Shown here one piece after another: positions 31,001 through 43,834 of a stretch of 64,000 nucleotides of DNA; the stretch's first letter is position 1, and each line of letters opens with the position of its first letter. The DNA is from Podarcis erhardii. Its lineage: Eukaryota. The notes beneath the pieces were generated by a model. The model saw nothing but the letters and a program-made list of their open reading frames with translations, ran no database searches and had not been told where the DNA came from. The stretch is taken from assembly GCA_964252035.1 (NCBI GenBank), contig OZ176213.1. One strand, written 5' to 3'. The translations under genes were made by a program, and so were the position numbers.

Positions 31001-34000
31001 TCAAGTAGTTCTGTAGTGCAGAATCTCAGGCGTTGGTCTTTAAGGTGTCACAAGACTCCTTGTCTGATGCAAAAGGCATGCGGGCTCCAGGGCCCAAAGT
31101 CTGCTTTTTGCTTACAGGATTTGGAGTGGCTCTGTTTCATGGCAAACCAGGATGCTGTAATTATTATAACATTCAGTTAGTAAGCTGGCTTCTTCAGCAA
31201 AGAGAGGAGGATGGTGGTGATGATGATGATGATGATGATTTTATTTGTACCCTGCCCATGTGACTGGGTTGCCCCAGCCACTCTTGCTGCCTCTGCAAGA
31301 ATCACTGATTTGTGTCTCCCCCCCCCCCCCGCCAAGGCATGGGGTTAGTTTGTCTAGTTCTTGTGAATGGTTGTGAGCATAGTCAGGAAGTCTCAGAAGA
31401 GCTTTCAGTTTCAGGCAGTGCAGTGGCTTTATGTTGTCATCAGCTTGTTTTTTTATTTATGGCAATTCTGGAGGGGAGGAAGGGAGCACACTGAATGTAC
31501 CGGTAAACTGTTCACCCTGTTGTCACAGCAGGTGTGTGCACCTGGCAAGTCTGTCCTTGGACTGGCTATCTGGATTAGCTTCCTCCTCTGTTGGAGCCTG
31601 GGGCCCCTGCTCTGCATGGTGGAGCCTTATTTTAGTACTTTCTAGGGTGGGCAGGATGCTTCCTGCGCTGCGCTTTCGGTTGGCAAGCGTCTTCCCAGGG
31701 GAGTCTGTTAGGTGAATCTGGGGTTAAAATCCTGCTCTTGGTTTTTGCAGACAAGGCAACCCTGGCAATTTTTTTGCCTAAGGGGTGAGAGGGTGGGTAA
31801 AAATGCTTTAAATTAAATACATATTTGTGGTATAGGAGAGTTGACTCCCCATTTGTTGCTTGTATTGAGGTGGGACTTGGAGGGAACAGGTGAGCCACTC
31901 AAAAAAACAAAAACAAACCCTTGGCACTACCTGTCCTGTTTGGGGGAGTGGGTGGGGTGCCAGACCTTGAGTGCTTCTGGGCACCCAGTGAGGCTTTGCT
32001 CCTTCAGCTCCCAACACCTCCCACTTGGGGACGACCCCCTGTTGAGCTGCACTTTGCCTCAGGGCCTTCTGGCTTCCCTGGACTGACCCTGTCCTGCCTT
32101 TTTGCAGCTGTCCTGGATAATGAGAGGATGACTGCAGAAGAGATGGATGAGCGGAGACGGCAGAATGTGGCCTATGAATATCTTTGCCACCTGGAGGAAG
32201 CCAAGAGGTAAGGGGGCCCTTTCAAAGGGGTGGTGAGCCCCATGCTGCTAACATGCTATCATTGGCTCGAACCACCAGTGGTGCTCATTGCAGCTTCCAG
32301 CTGGGGTGGGGAGAGGAACAGAGCATCCCTGAGCCGTTCGACCTGCTGCTTTGTTGCCAGGCCTAACCTTTTGCAGAAACAGCTGCCCTGTTTTCTGGCA
32401 CCTAGAGACAGGCCAATTAAGCTGCTCCATTGCTTTCTCTTTGGCTGTGCCACTCCCACCTGCAGTTCCCAGTGGATTATTTTTGACCTCTTTTTACTCC
32501 TTTTGCTTTCAAAGGAACCTTATTTTTATATCATCTGAAGCTGCTCTGGAAAGAAATAGTATTTTAGCATAAATCAGCATGTGATCGCCAAATTAATGAG
32601 CATGATTACAGGGCAGAATAATAACACTGCTGGATACGAAAGCAAAAGGGTAGTGGTTAATAGCCTGGAAGGTAAATCAGGTTTGTGGGATATGTCAGAA
32701 GGTGAGGCAAGCTTGGGGTTTAATAGGGAAGCTGCTTCCTGCAATGGGGGGGGGGGATGTATCAAGAGTGTTTTGGGGTTGGTTATGGGTTGCGTTTGAT
32801 CTCTGAACTGGCCATGGAGCTACAGGAGTGGAGAGGATTTAAGAGCAGGTTCAACACTGCTTTTGCAGATGCTTGAGGTGGATTGATGATGTCTTATGGT
32901 CCAGAGGCAGTTCAGGTTCTCCTGCTCTAGGAAAGAGAGGAAGCTGCCTCATACCATTGGCCCATCTAGCCCAGTGTTGTTTACAAGGCAATCCCACGAT
33001 TTTAGGAAGGGTCTGTTCCCCGGTTCTGCCTGGAAGTGCATCAAACCCAGAGACCTTCCCAAGGTAGAGTGGAGCCACCAAGAAGCCTTTCCATGGAGCA
33101 TCTTTCTCTGAGCATCTTGCCCCCTGCCCCCTTGAGGCTTCTTGGGAGCCTTTTCTGTGACAAGGCAAACCCTGGAACAGGATCCAGAGCAAGGGGTTAT
33201 CTCCACTTGCCAGGCTGGTGTCTGGTCTCCCCTCCAAGCCGCACCTGAGATTTGGGCTGATGGGGAATCCCTGGCTCTAAGCCCCCATGAGTTCACCCCC
33301 CACCAACAACATTTGCTGCCCAAGTTTGTGCGATGTGGTTGACCCTAACCACCTCCTTCCTCTGTCTCTCTCTCTCTTCCTAATATGACACAGGAACTGT
33401 TGGGCCAAGAATGAGATGAGGAAGTGACTCACGTTTTCCTCCCTCCTTTCTTTCTTCCGAGCCCCAAGTGCAGAGCCTGCAGCAGCCTTGCAAGAGGCTT
33501 TGCACTTCTGCAATTTGCGAAGCCTTTCCAGTTAGAAATTTTGGTTTGGTTAGTTGGCAATAAAGTGCCCTCTAGGCCCTTCTCATCTAGTTTCCATCTC
33601 TTAAAGCTGTTGACAAAGGGCTCTCCTCTGAAGGGTGGAGAAGTTGTGGGGAAATAGCTGGCCAGGCTCAAGTGTTTCGTGAACTTCGCCTTGGATTGAG
33701 TAAATCTGTGGAGCCTGAAGCTATGATGGTTCCTTTGCTCAGTGTTGTTGAAGTGGATGCAGTTTGAAATCCACAGGGTAGGAAGCTTGTTGGATTGTCC
33801 GATTCGGGCAGCCAGGTGAGAGACCCTTTGATGCCGCCTGTCAACCAGTAGAGGGACCAAATACTTTCGAAATGGGCCATAACAAATGGATTAACACTGC
33901 CCACAGAGTCATGTTGGTTTCCATTTATTTAATTGGCCAATAAGAGAGAGCCTCTTAAACATTTTTCTGTGGGTCATTAATCATTCTGATCTGATGTTCT

Positions 34001-37000
34001 GATGTGAGCGATGGATGTGAGAGGCTCTCTGATTGGATTCTTAGTGTCTGTCTGGATTTCCTGCTGCAGTCATAAATGTGCTTGGACATTCCTCTTTTCC
34101 CTTGTGTTCTATCTGGCTTGCTCTCGTGGTGTTTTCTGAAAAATCTGTAAAAGTAGTTTGCAAAAATAAAACTAAACCTTGGTTTTAGCAAGTATCCTCT
34201 TGTGGTTGTTCTGCTGCTTTGCCATGTGCAGCAAAAGGTCAGTATTTTTGGCTGGTAAGAGCATCTGCCCTGTGAAGTGTCAGTGGGCTCTGCTTTGTGG
34301 ACACTGTAGTTGTGGAGCAGCAAATGCAAAACTTCCACTCCTGCCCTCATGCTGATCCACAGTTGATCCATCTGGGGATGAGGGACGACAGCCTTATTTT
34401 GTGGATGACCTTCTGTTCCTTTGGGGAATAGACTTGGCATGTACAGAACTGCTGGCAAATAAACAGCCAATTCCAGTTTGCTGCTGTTGCAGTTCGAGGC
34501 TTAAGTTCATAGAATCCTCACAGTCTGAAGAGACCTGGGCGGCTGGTGATGATGCAGGATGTCCTCGACTTCAGCATCCTTGGTCAGAGGTCGCTGTCCG
34601 GGAAGGTGACCTCTAAGGAAATGAATCTGCCAGCTTCCAGCTGCTCTATTGCCTGGACAGTCCATGCCCCCAGGAAGAACTTTTGCATAATACTTGCATA
34701 TTACTTGTATGTTGAGTTTTCATAGTTAAAACTATGTACAAGGTGACTTACGTGAATAAAAACCACATAATTACAAACGTAATAAAAGTAGTCCATCAAA
34801 CGTAATAAAATAAGACCATCAAAAGTACACAACCCATTTAAACAATTTTCATGTAAGTCCTAATAAGATCTAAAATAGACAGTTTTTTCTTCTTTTCTCT
34901 ATTTTTCCTTTTTCCTTTTTTTATCTTTGTTCTTTTCTTTTTTCAAATTTTCTTTTTCATTTTTCGGTACATGTTTTCCCCCCTCCTTGTTATTTGTACA
35001 GTTGTTTTCTTTTTGTATGCATGTAATAAACCACTAAGCCTAGGGCTTGCCGATCAGAAGGTCAGCAGTTCAAATCCCTGCGACGGGGTGAGCTCCCGTT
35101 GCTCGGTCCCAGCTCCTGCCAACCTAGCAGTTCGAAAGCACGTCAAAGTGCAAGTAGATAAATAGGTACCGCTCCGGCGCGAAGGTAAACGGCGTTTCTG
35201 TGCGCTGCTCTGGTTTCGCCAGAAGCAGCTTAGTCATGCTGGTCACATGACCCAGAAAACCTGTCTGAGGATAAACGTCGGCTCCCTCGGCCAGTAAAGC
35301 GAGATGAGCGCCGCAACCCCAGAGTCGTTCGCGACTGGACTTAACTGTCAGGGGTCCTTTACCTTTTAATATGTATATTGCAAAGAAAATTATTTAAAAA
35401 CCCCCAAACAGTACCCACAAGCCGTAGTTCCTTCTCCTTGTAATTTGAGCCCATGCTGGCCCTGTTCTGGTGCAACCTCTGTCACAAGGGATGAAGTCCA
35501 GCTCAGCTGATTCAGGTTCATGTAGTACCTGGCTGTGGTGTCTTGGACAGTGCAGAGCCCTTTACTTTTCAGCTTTTGGGACATGCAAGGTTTCCACTGC
35601 TGTGCCATTCAGAAGTTCTAAGCTTGTTCCCATTTTTAAATCCTCTCTCTACAGCCTGATAGATAAAAGCAACTCCTGTGTGGAGGCACCAGGCCCTTCC
35701 ATCGCATGAAATGCTGCTCTCTGCTTCCATGGCCAGCTTGGCAAGGGTTGGGAGGGAGGTGAGCTGGGTTGTGTGTGCATATTCATTCATATACTTCATT
35801 CATTCATATCTCAGATGTACCAGCAGGAGCCTACAAAGCAATTTTTTTAAGCTTCTGTAATTTTTTCTTTGAATTGCTGTGGACAGGTGCTTATCAGCGT
35901 GCCTGCATTTCTTGAGGTGCTTCTGCTCATAGTTCCTCAGTTCCTGGCTTGGCAGCCTCTCTTCCTTTCTCTAGCATACCGGTACTTGGCATGATAGACA
36001 CCACCAGCCTGCTGCAGATTCCTTTTGTCCCCCTTCCAATCTCACAGGGCTTCTCAGTGGTCATTTTCCGAGACAGCAAAGTGGAGACCAGAAAATGGTA
36101 AAGTACTACTGCCAGGTTTGGTACTGTGATAACCGTCCCCTTAGCCTTTCTTCTTTTTTAAAGCCCACTTTTGCTTGGGCGTGGAACAGCAGGTGCTTCC
36201 CCCCATGGGCCACTCTTGCCCTTCTCCTTCATAGAGAGGTTGCTGCTTGCCTGAACAGGATGAAGTTGAGATGGAAGGAAGCACGAAAGATTGGAGACAT
36301 AATAGAATGACTCTAATAATTAGAAATGAGCTTTGAAAGAGGGTAAGGATTTGCTTATCTGATTGGGTAAAGAGGAACACAAAAAAGGGAGGCGTGAGGA
36401 AGTCAAGAAAGAAAGTTAATTAAGTATGAATTTAAAAGTTGGAGTTTTTACTTTTTCTTTTGTTGGATGGATATTTTTTTTTGTATTTTGTTTTTCTGAT
36501 CTGTTTTATGTGTATTTTTGATTATGTTTCGTTTTTCTTCATATTTGTGGTTGTTGTGTGTTTTTTCTTCTGTAAAAATTTAATAAACATATTAAAAAAA
36601 AGAAAAGAGAGATGGAAGGAAGCACAGACCAATTTCTTGGCCTCTTGGCCTTTTTACGGGAGGGGGGGACTTCCATCTTCCTTGCCCACCTGGGTTTGCA
36701 GCTTTACTCTCTTAGTTTATAAACTGTCTGTAAAACTCTCAGTGCATTGATATCACAGGCTCTCTGGGAAGTGGGGACAGGGATGGCTGCCCCCCCCACC
36801 TCAATGCCTCTTCCCTGAACTTGCCTTGAATTCATAGAATTATAGAGTTGGAAGGGAGCTTGAGGATCATCTAGTCCGACCCACTGCAATGCAGGGATAT
36901 GCAGCTGTCCCATATGGGGATCAAATCTGTGACCTTGGTGTTATCAGCACCATGCTCTAACCAACAGCTATCTAGATTCAAGCCCCTCCTCTCTGTGTAA

Positions 37001-40000
37001 AGGTAAAGGGACCCCTGACCATTAGGCCCAGTCGTGGCCAACTCTGGGGTTGCGGTGCTCATCTCGCTTTATTGGCCAAGGGAGCTGGCATACAGCTTCT
37101 GGGTCATGTGGCCAGCATGACTAAGCCGCTTCTGGTGAACCAGAGCAGCGCACGGAAACACCGTTTACCTTCCCGCCGGAGTGGTACCTATTTATCTACT
37201 TGCACTTTGACGTGCTTTCGAACTGCTAGGTTGGCAGGAGCAGGGACCGAGCAACAGGAGCTCACTCCGCCGCGGGGATTCAAACCGCCGACCTTCTGTT
37301 CGGCAAGTCCTAGGCTCTGTGGTTTAACCCACGTCCCTCCTCTCTGTGTAGCTGGGAGTCAAATGGCTGGGGCGTCTCCTGGGGGCTGATACTTCTGCCT
37401 TGGCTAGCATTTGCCTCCTTGTGCCTTCCTGGTTCCTCTGCCTCTGACTGCCTGTATCCTGCTGCTGCTCTTTGCAACACCCACCATCAATGCTGGATAA
37501 ATCCCAGCAACTATCTAAATTAGGCCAGCTGGTCCCCATCCCCCCCCCCGAATCTAAAACCTGATGCTGGTCCTTAGCCATTTTTCCAGCTCTGAGCCCC
37601 AGCCCTGCATGCCTGGGGGATCCTGGGAGGCTTTGCAGTCTTATGCCCTCCAAGTTACTTGCTAGGGACTTGTACATGCTTGACAGTCGGGAGTTTTCAG
37701 CAGGTGCCTGGGCTTGTTATCGGTGGGGGAGGATCCTGCGTTTTGGCAGCTGACAACAATGGGGCTCCACACACCTGGCAAGGATCCTCCCAGATGTGCC
37801 ATTGGAGATTCTGAAGCAGCAGCAGCGTGCCCAGGCTGATCCTTTTCTTCAGCTGCCGAAGGAGGGCTGTTGTCTTCTCTCTTTCTCCCCGCACTTTGAC
37901 TTGCTGTGTGAAGGCTGGCTGTGCACACCAGTGTGGGCGAGCCAAGTGTGTCATGAGGATTCAGGCCACATTGACGCAGAAAAGGGATCTCCCAATTCCC
38001 CCCTCCCAGCTGCTTGAGCACTGGCCTGGTGTTGCAACCACTGACCCTCAGTCAGCCTTTGGAACAAAGCACTCGCTGCTTGCCTGAACAGGCCCTGTGG
38101 TGTGGGAACTAGACCTTGAGGCCTTCAGGGCAGAGATCCTGGCTTTCTTTCAAGCACAGCCCGTGAAGGCCCCTTTGTGAGTACCGAGTGAGGACAAAAC
38201 ACCTCTTGGAAGAGGAAGTAACGTTTCCCCCCGACATGCGTCTTGCACAAGAGAGCCACTCGCAGCAGGGTTTGCACCATGTCTTCTAGGTCGGAGACTG
38301 TCACCTTCCTCCCACCGCTGGGTTCACTTTCAGGCTCTTGCTTTGGTTCTGGGCTTCTTCAGGGCCTGGTGAGCAGTGGCTCATTTGGCCTTTGGAGTCC
38401 TTGCCCCTCTCTCTTCTCCCCTACCCCAGCTCTGGTCCACCCAGAGTTCTTAATAACCACAAAGCCTGTTGGTGTTCCGCCTCCTCTGAAAAAAATATGT
38501 CGGGGTGGGAACCTGTTGTGGCCCTTGGAGTGCCCTTGGTCACCAAAGTCCGTGGCCATGATGACAGGGTTGGCTGCAGTCAGAGGTGGGCTCTTTGGTT
38601 GCCTGCCCAGTCAAGTTCAGCTTCCTGGTGGGACAGCTCTTTCAGTGGATGGGTTTTGCTCATGCTCAGTGAGGTTGGACACCCCTCTCCAGCTGAGGCA
38701 CAAAATACCGATAAAATACTGCATAAACATGACTTAAAATAACCCAGCTGTAGCAAAAATTTAGCAGTGGTTTAAAACAAAATGTTTCCAGCCTATAGTT
38801 CTCACCAACCGGCCAAGATGGCACTCTGCTGCTTTCTGCTCTATGACCTTGCTCCTCTGCTTGACTGTTTTCCCTTGCGACACTGGAGGTTCTTTGCAGT
38901 GTCAGGTTGGAGAAGGGAGGTGGGCTCATTGTGGCCCATTGTGACTTGGAAGATGACCTTGGAAGAGGGCTTGGGCAAGGGGAAGATGCTGCTGCTTGCT
39001 GCTACCGCTCTGCACAGATCCCTGCAGCTGCCAAGCGGCCATAATGGCCCTGGGGCCCAAGAACAGGTGGTGGGTTCTGCTGGTGTGCTGAGGGAGAGAC
39101 CCCGCCATGCATTTTGAGAAGCTGGGTGCTGTGGTCTTCAGGGCAAGATATTTGGGATCGTGCTGGAGGGGAGGACTTTGCTCCCTTAAACGGCTGAGAG
39201 CTGCTTTGAATCTCATGTGTCTTTGGTTTTATGGCTGTGGTTTATTTTTTCCATTGCATGCTGCTTTGAATACATGTTGGGAAAATGGAATGATACGCAA
39301 AAAGAACTAGGAAGCCTCAGCTGAGGAAGCTTCCAGATGAAAGGCGCAGCTCAGGACTCGGGCCTATGGTTGCCTTCACTTCAGGGCTGGCCCAGTGGTG
39401 TGCTTGTGTCTGGAGTCCCAAGACAAAGGACCTCTTGGGGGAGATCTGGGCAGAGAAGTGTTGGGGGCCTCGTCTCCAGGGCATCCTTCCCCAACCCAGG
39501 GCCCCTCCAGCTGTTGTCAGACTCCAGCTCCCATTGCCCCGGATGGAGGGCTGGGAGGGCAACAGACCTGGCAGATGGGCTGGTGGAGGTCAACAGACCC
39601 ACAGGCAGATGGGCTGGTGGAGGTCAAGCGCCTGAGGAGTGAGAGGCCAGAGGAGGTCAAGTTCCAAGGCAGTAATGGAGGGCTGAAGGTGTCAAAGAGA
39701 GGCAGGGGTCATGATCCATGGCAGGCGCTGTAGAGAGAAGGAAGTAGAAGGGCAGCCCACCTGGCTGGCTGCCAGGGTTTTTTTTAGGGCCTGGCTCAGG
39801 AGGTCAGTTGCTTCTCTAAAGGATGGGGCTGCAGCAGCTGCTCTCTAAGGCTGAGGGGGCGGCCTCAGGGCAGGGGGATGGAGGCTTCCTCCTCCTTGCA
39901 GCCGATGAAGGTGGCTGGAACATCTCCCAGAACTACCTGGCGCTCCTCCTGCCTGCACCTAGTTTTCCGCACGGGGAGGGCCCTTTAGGGGAGGCCAAAC

Positions 40001-41435
40001 AAGTCGGACAGGTTTGCTTTGTTCTTCTTGCCCTTCAGAGGAAACTCCTTCCCACTCCCATTTTGTCCCTGCTGTGCTGACAGAGTTTTCTGGATTTGTT
40101 GGTTTTGATTATATGATGGGCCTTGATTACCGTTGCGGATGCCTTGCCTTCAATCTGTAGATCAAGGGTTGTGCCCCGTGCTAGTCTTCCTCTGAGTATG
40201 CTCGTTGAAATTAATGGGCACAGCTAACATAGGGCTGTGAATTTTAGTGGGGCAACAAATACTCCTGGCATGCAACAAAGTGTTGCTCTGTCCCAGCTCC
40301 TGCCAACCTAGCAGTTCGAAAGCATGCCAATGCAAGTAGATAAATAGGTACCACTGCGTCGGGAAGGTAAATGGCGTTTCTGTGTGCTCTGGTTTCTGTC
40401 ACGGTGTTCCGTTGCACCAGAAGTGGCTTAGTCACGCTGGCCACATGACCTGGAAAGCTGTCTGTGGACAAATGCCAGCTCCCTCGGCCAGAAAGCGAGA
40501 TGAGCGCTGCAACCCCATAGTCGCCTTTGACTGGACTTAACCATCCAGGGGTCCTTACCCTTTACCTTTTTTACAGCTCAGCTGCCTGTAGAAATGGGAA
40601 TTCTCCTCCTGGTGCTGCTGACAGGTTCTTTTTCTGCACTTGGTGTCAGCAGGCTCTTTTTAGATTATTTATATTATGATAACATATTAAATATTATATA
40701 TTAAAAGTATCTCTAAGCTGTGTACAGAAAACTGAAGCAACTACAGTCAACTTAAACAAAATATTACAAAAAATACAGTTACATGTAAAAACATTATGTT
40801 AATGCAAAATTTATAATATATGGATAAATCAATATCAATTCATTTTCCTTCTGACACATCCTCCTCCTCTGCCTCCAGCGTCCAAACAAACTCTCAGCTC
40901 ACCCACAAAATTCTCACTACGAGAAGGGTTCCTGGAAACAGTGAGCCCTAGTCTCTCACTCTAAACTTGCTTTTTATGGGCAGGCTATATGCAGAAATTC
41001 TGGTTTTAGTATGCTGGCTGTTTGCCATAATAAACATGGGTGATGGGCAGGCCCAAGATGGATGGCTGTCCACAGCTTTGTCCCATTCAGCCGTCCCTTC
41101 TGATGAGAGAGCTTGGGGGATGTGGCCCCACTGGCATCTGACCTCCTCTTCTGCCTCAGAGAGTCCTTTGCTTCCCTTTGAGAGTCCCTCCTGCCCGGCT
41201 CCCCTTGGCAGGGCCGCTGTTTGCCCAGAGAGCACCCTTCTCTTGCTGCCTCCTTGGAGATGGAGGGAGGAAGCAGTGCATGGGGCTCTTCTGAGAGTTC
41301 AGGAAGGCTTAGCCTTCTAAGGCAGCCCTGTTTAGGAAACCTTTTAATGTTTGATGTATTACTGTATTTTAATATTTGGTTGGAAGCCGCCCAGAGTGCC
41401 TAGGGAAGCCCAGCCAGATGGGTGGGGTATAAATA

Positions 41436-41487
<52 letters not shown>

Positions 41488-41842
41488 TATTACTATTATT
41501 ACTATTATTATTAATTAGCCACCTTCTCAACAGGTGTTCTTGGCATCCTGCACCAGGGACTGGTGGCTGAAATGGGGAGGGGTTTTCTGGGTGGGGCTGG
41601 GGCTGCCCAGAGCGCCTCTTTGTCCCAGCTGAGGTGCATGAAAATGGGGGATGTTTCCTCAGAGTGCCAAATTGTGGGCCCTTTTTCCCTGCAGTGTTAA
41701 GAACAGAAAACATCTTGCCTGGGCGCTCGTCTTTCCCAGAGCCCAGCTGCGTTGCTTGGCCTAACTCTGCCAGTACATTCAATGCCACAGCAGGCCTGGG
41801 TGTGGCCTGGGATGATGTCATGCTTTAAATTTGGTAGCAGTG

Positions 41843-41874
<32 letters not shown>

Positions 41875-43787
41875 AGCCGCTCACTGGAAAGTTTCTTTCG
41901 GTGGGTGTAAGAGGAAGAGGTTGGAACTGAGCAATCTGAGGATTTGGCCAGAGTTTCTGTGAAATGTTGCTTCGTCCTTGGAAAATAACTTTCCATTTCA
42001 GGACTGCCTCCGGGTGGGCTGGATTCCTTTTCCTAGCTGTTTCTCTGTGTGAGTCTAGACAAAGCAGTTTCTCTCACACAGATGCACCCTTTCCAGAGGT
42101 GTTTTTTTAGAGGCAGCCTTCCGCTCCCCGTGACCCCCACTCCAAAGCCCACTGAAAGGAAAGACCTGTGCAACAGAGGAAGGGGTGTGGCAGTAGCTGC
42201 CCCACCTTCGGAGCTCATGGGACTGTCAGGGGGTGGAACAGCAGGCGTCCCAGCCACACTTTCCTTTCTGCTCCTTTTCCTTCCAGAGGCTTTTGGTGGC
42301 AGAGCAGAGGCAAATGCCGGGGGCAGGGGGCGTCTGCTGCAGGCTGGGGGGAAGCTTCTTCCTTCCCTACTTCTCTGCCTGGCTCAGAGGGCATTGGAGA
42401 GCTGGAGCCAGCCAGGAAAGCCCACGAGCCTCTGGCTCGGGAAGTGGGGAAAGGGGCTTTCTGGAGGCTCCTAAAAATAGTTGTTCTCAAAGGTTTGCAA
42501 GAGTGTGCCGGCCCTTCTGGAGCCTGCTAAATCAACCCCCACCCCACATCTGCCACCTGCACTTCCTGTGCTGCTTCTTCGAGTTCCCTGCAGTGCCCCG
42601 CCCCCAAATTGTCTGTCCAGCTGCAAGCTTTGGAGGGCTCTCCCCCTCCTCCTCTCATGGTGAAACATGTCTGGCTGGTGTGTTTGGGTGTGTTGGGTTC
42701 TGCCTCTCTTCCCTCCTCCCTTCCTGAGCATTGTAGACTTATTTGTCAGAGGCTTCAATGGCTGGTTTATTCCTCCCCCCCCCCCGCCACCCAGCCTGAG
42801 GAGCTGACAGTGGGAGGCCAGTGCCCCTGTGTCCCCCCCCCCCCGTATTGGTTGGGCACATGCAGGTAGGGAAGCAAAGCCCTGGCCCAGAGGGAGGGAG
42901 ACAGAGAGGGCTGTGGGTCCCCCAGGGCCTCCACTCCACAGTTGGCCTGGGGAAGAGATGCCTCTGCTGAAGCGTCACCTTCTGGGGTCCTCAGCAACGC
43001 TTCAAAACTTTCCCCACGTTAGGGCTGAGAAGGAGCTGAGGGTACCTGAGCTCCTGCGGCTCCCCCAGGCAGCTGCTAGTGGGGATCCAGCATGGATGGT
43101 TCATGGAGGCCACAGCCCCCCCTGCAGAAGCCAGAGATTGGCTATTACAAGGACAGCTGGGCCCCTTCATTCCCCTGCAAGAGACTTCCTTGTGGCTTAG
43201 ACTCATTGCTCCATTGGAGACAGGAAGGGGCACAATTGCCTCCCCTCTTCTGGCATCATTTTACCCATGCAGAAAGCACCTGTGCCCACCTGCCCCACCA
43301 TCTTGGAGGATGCCTTGTGGCTTGTTTTTGTAGCCCATAGATGACCCTTGGCATACATTTCTTCTTTGGATGTTGCCTCAGACTTGGCTGGAGCAGGCCG
43401 TGAAGAGAGGGAGGGGTTGGGCAGCTGTCTTCCCTGGCAATAAACAGGAAGGGGGGTGAAAGAGAAAAGCACCCAGCAGAGGAGGAAGTGCAGAGCTGTG
43501 GTTTCTGGGAGAAAAAGGACGGGACCAGTTGTCGCTGGTTCAGCCAAAGTCACCCCCTGCAGATGCGGTAATCCTGCTGCTTCCTGAGTCACCCTTTTTC
43601 TGTTTTGTATTCTGTAGTCGGAAGGAAGTTGTTGCCAAAGCAGTTCTGCCTGGAAGGTCTTTTCTCGGTCCTTTCAGAATTGAGGGGGCCGAACCTGAAG
43701 CTAGCTGGATTGTCTTCACTATGACAGCTTGAGGGAAGCCAGGGCAGCGACTGAAACACACTGTACAACCAACACCCCTGCGAGGAG

Positions 43788-43834
<47 letters not shown>

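Noticed and set aside
34700-35030. A-rich then T-rich block suggesting a twin-primed inverted L1
   Set aside because: No TSD or inversion junction could be identified by eye
36439-36750. Very hydrophobic 103-aa ORF resembling a membrane micropeptide
   Set aside because: Artefact of the T-rich L1-like 3'UTR bounded by a 17-bp TSD
39560-39627. 31/34-bp tandem duplication in a GC-rich part of IQGAP1 intron 2
   Set aside because: Simple local duplication; surrounding ORFs have no recognisable transposon or viral domain
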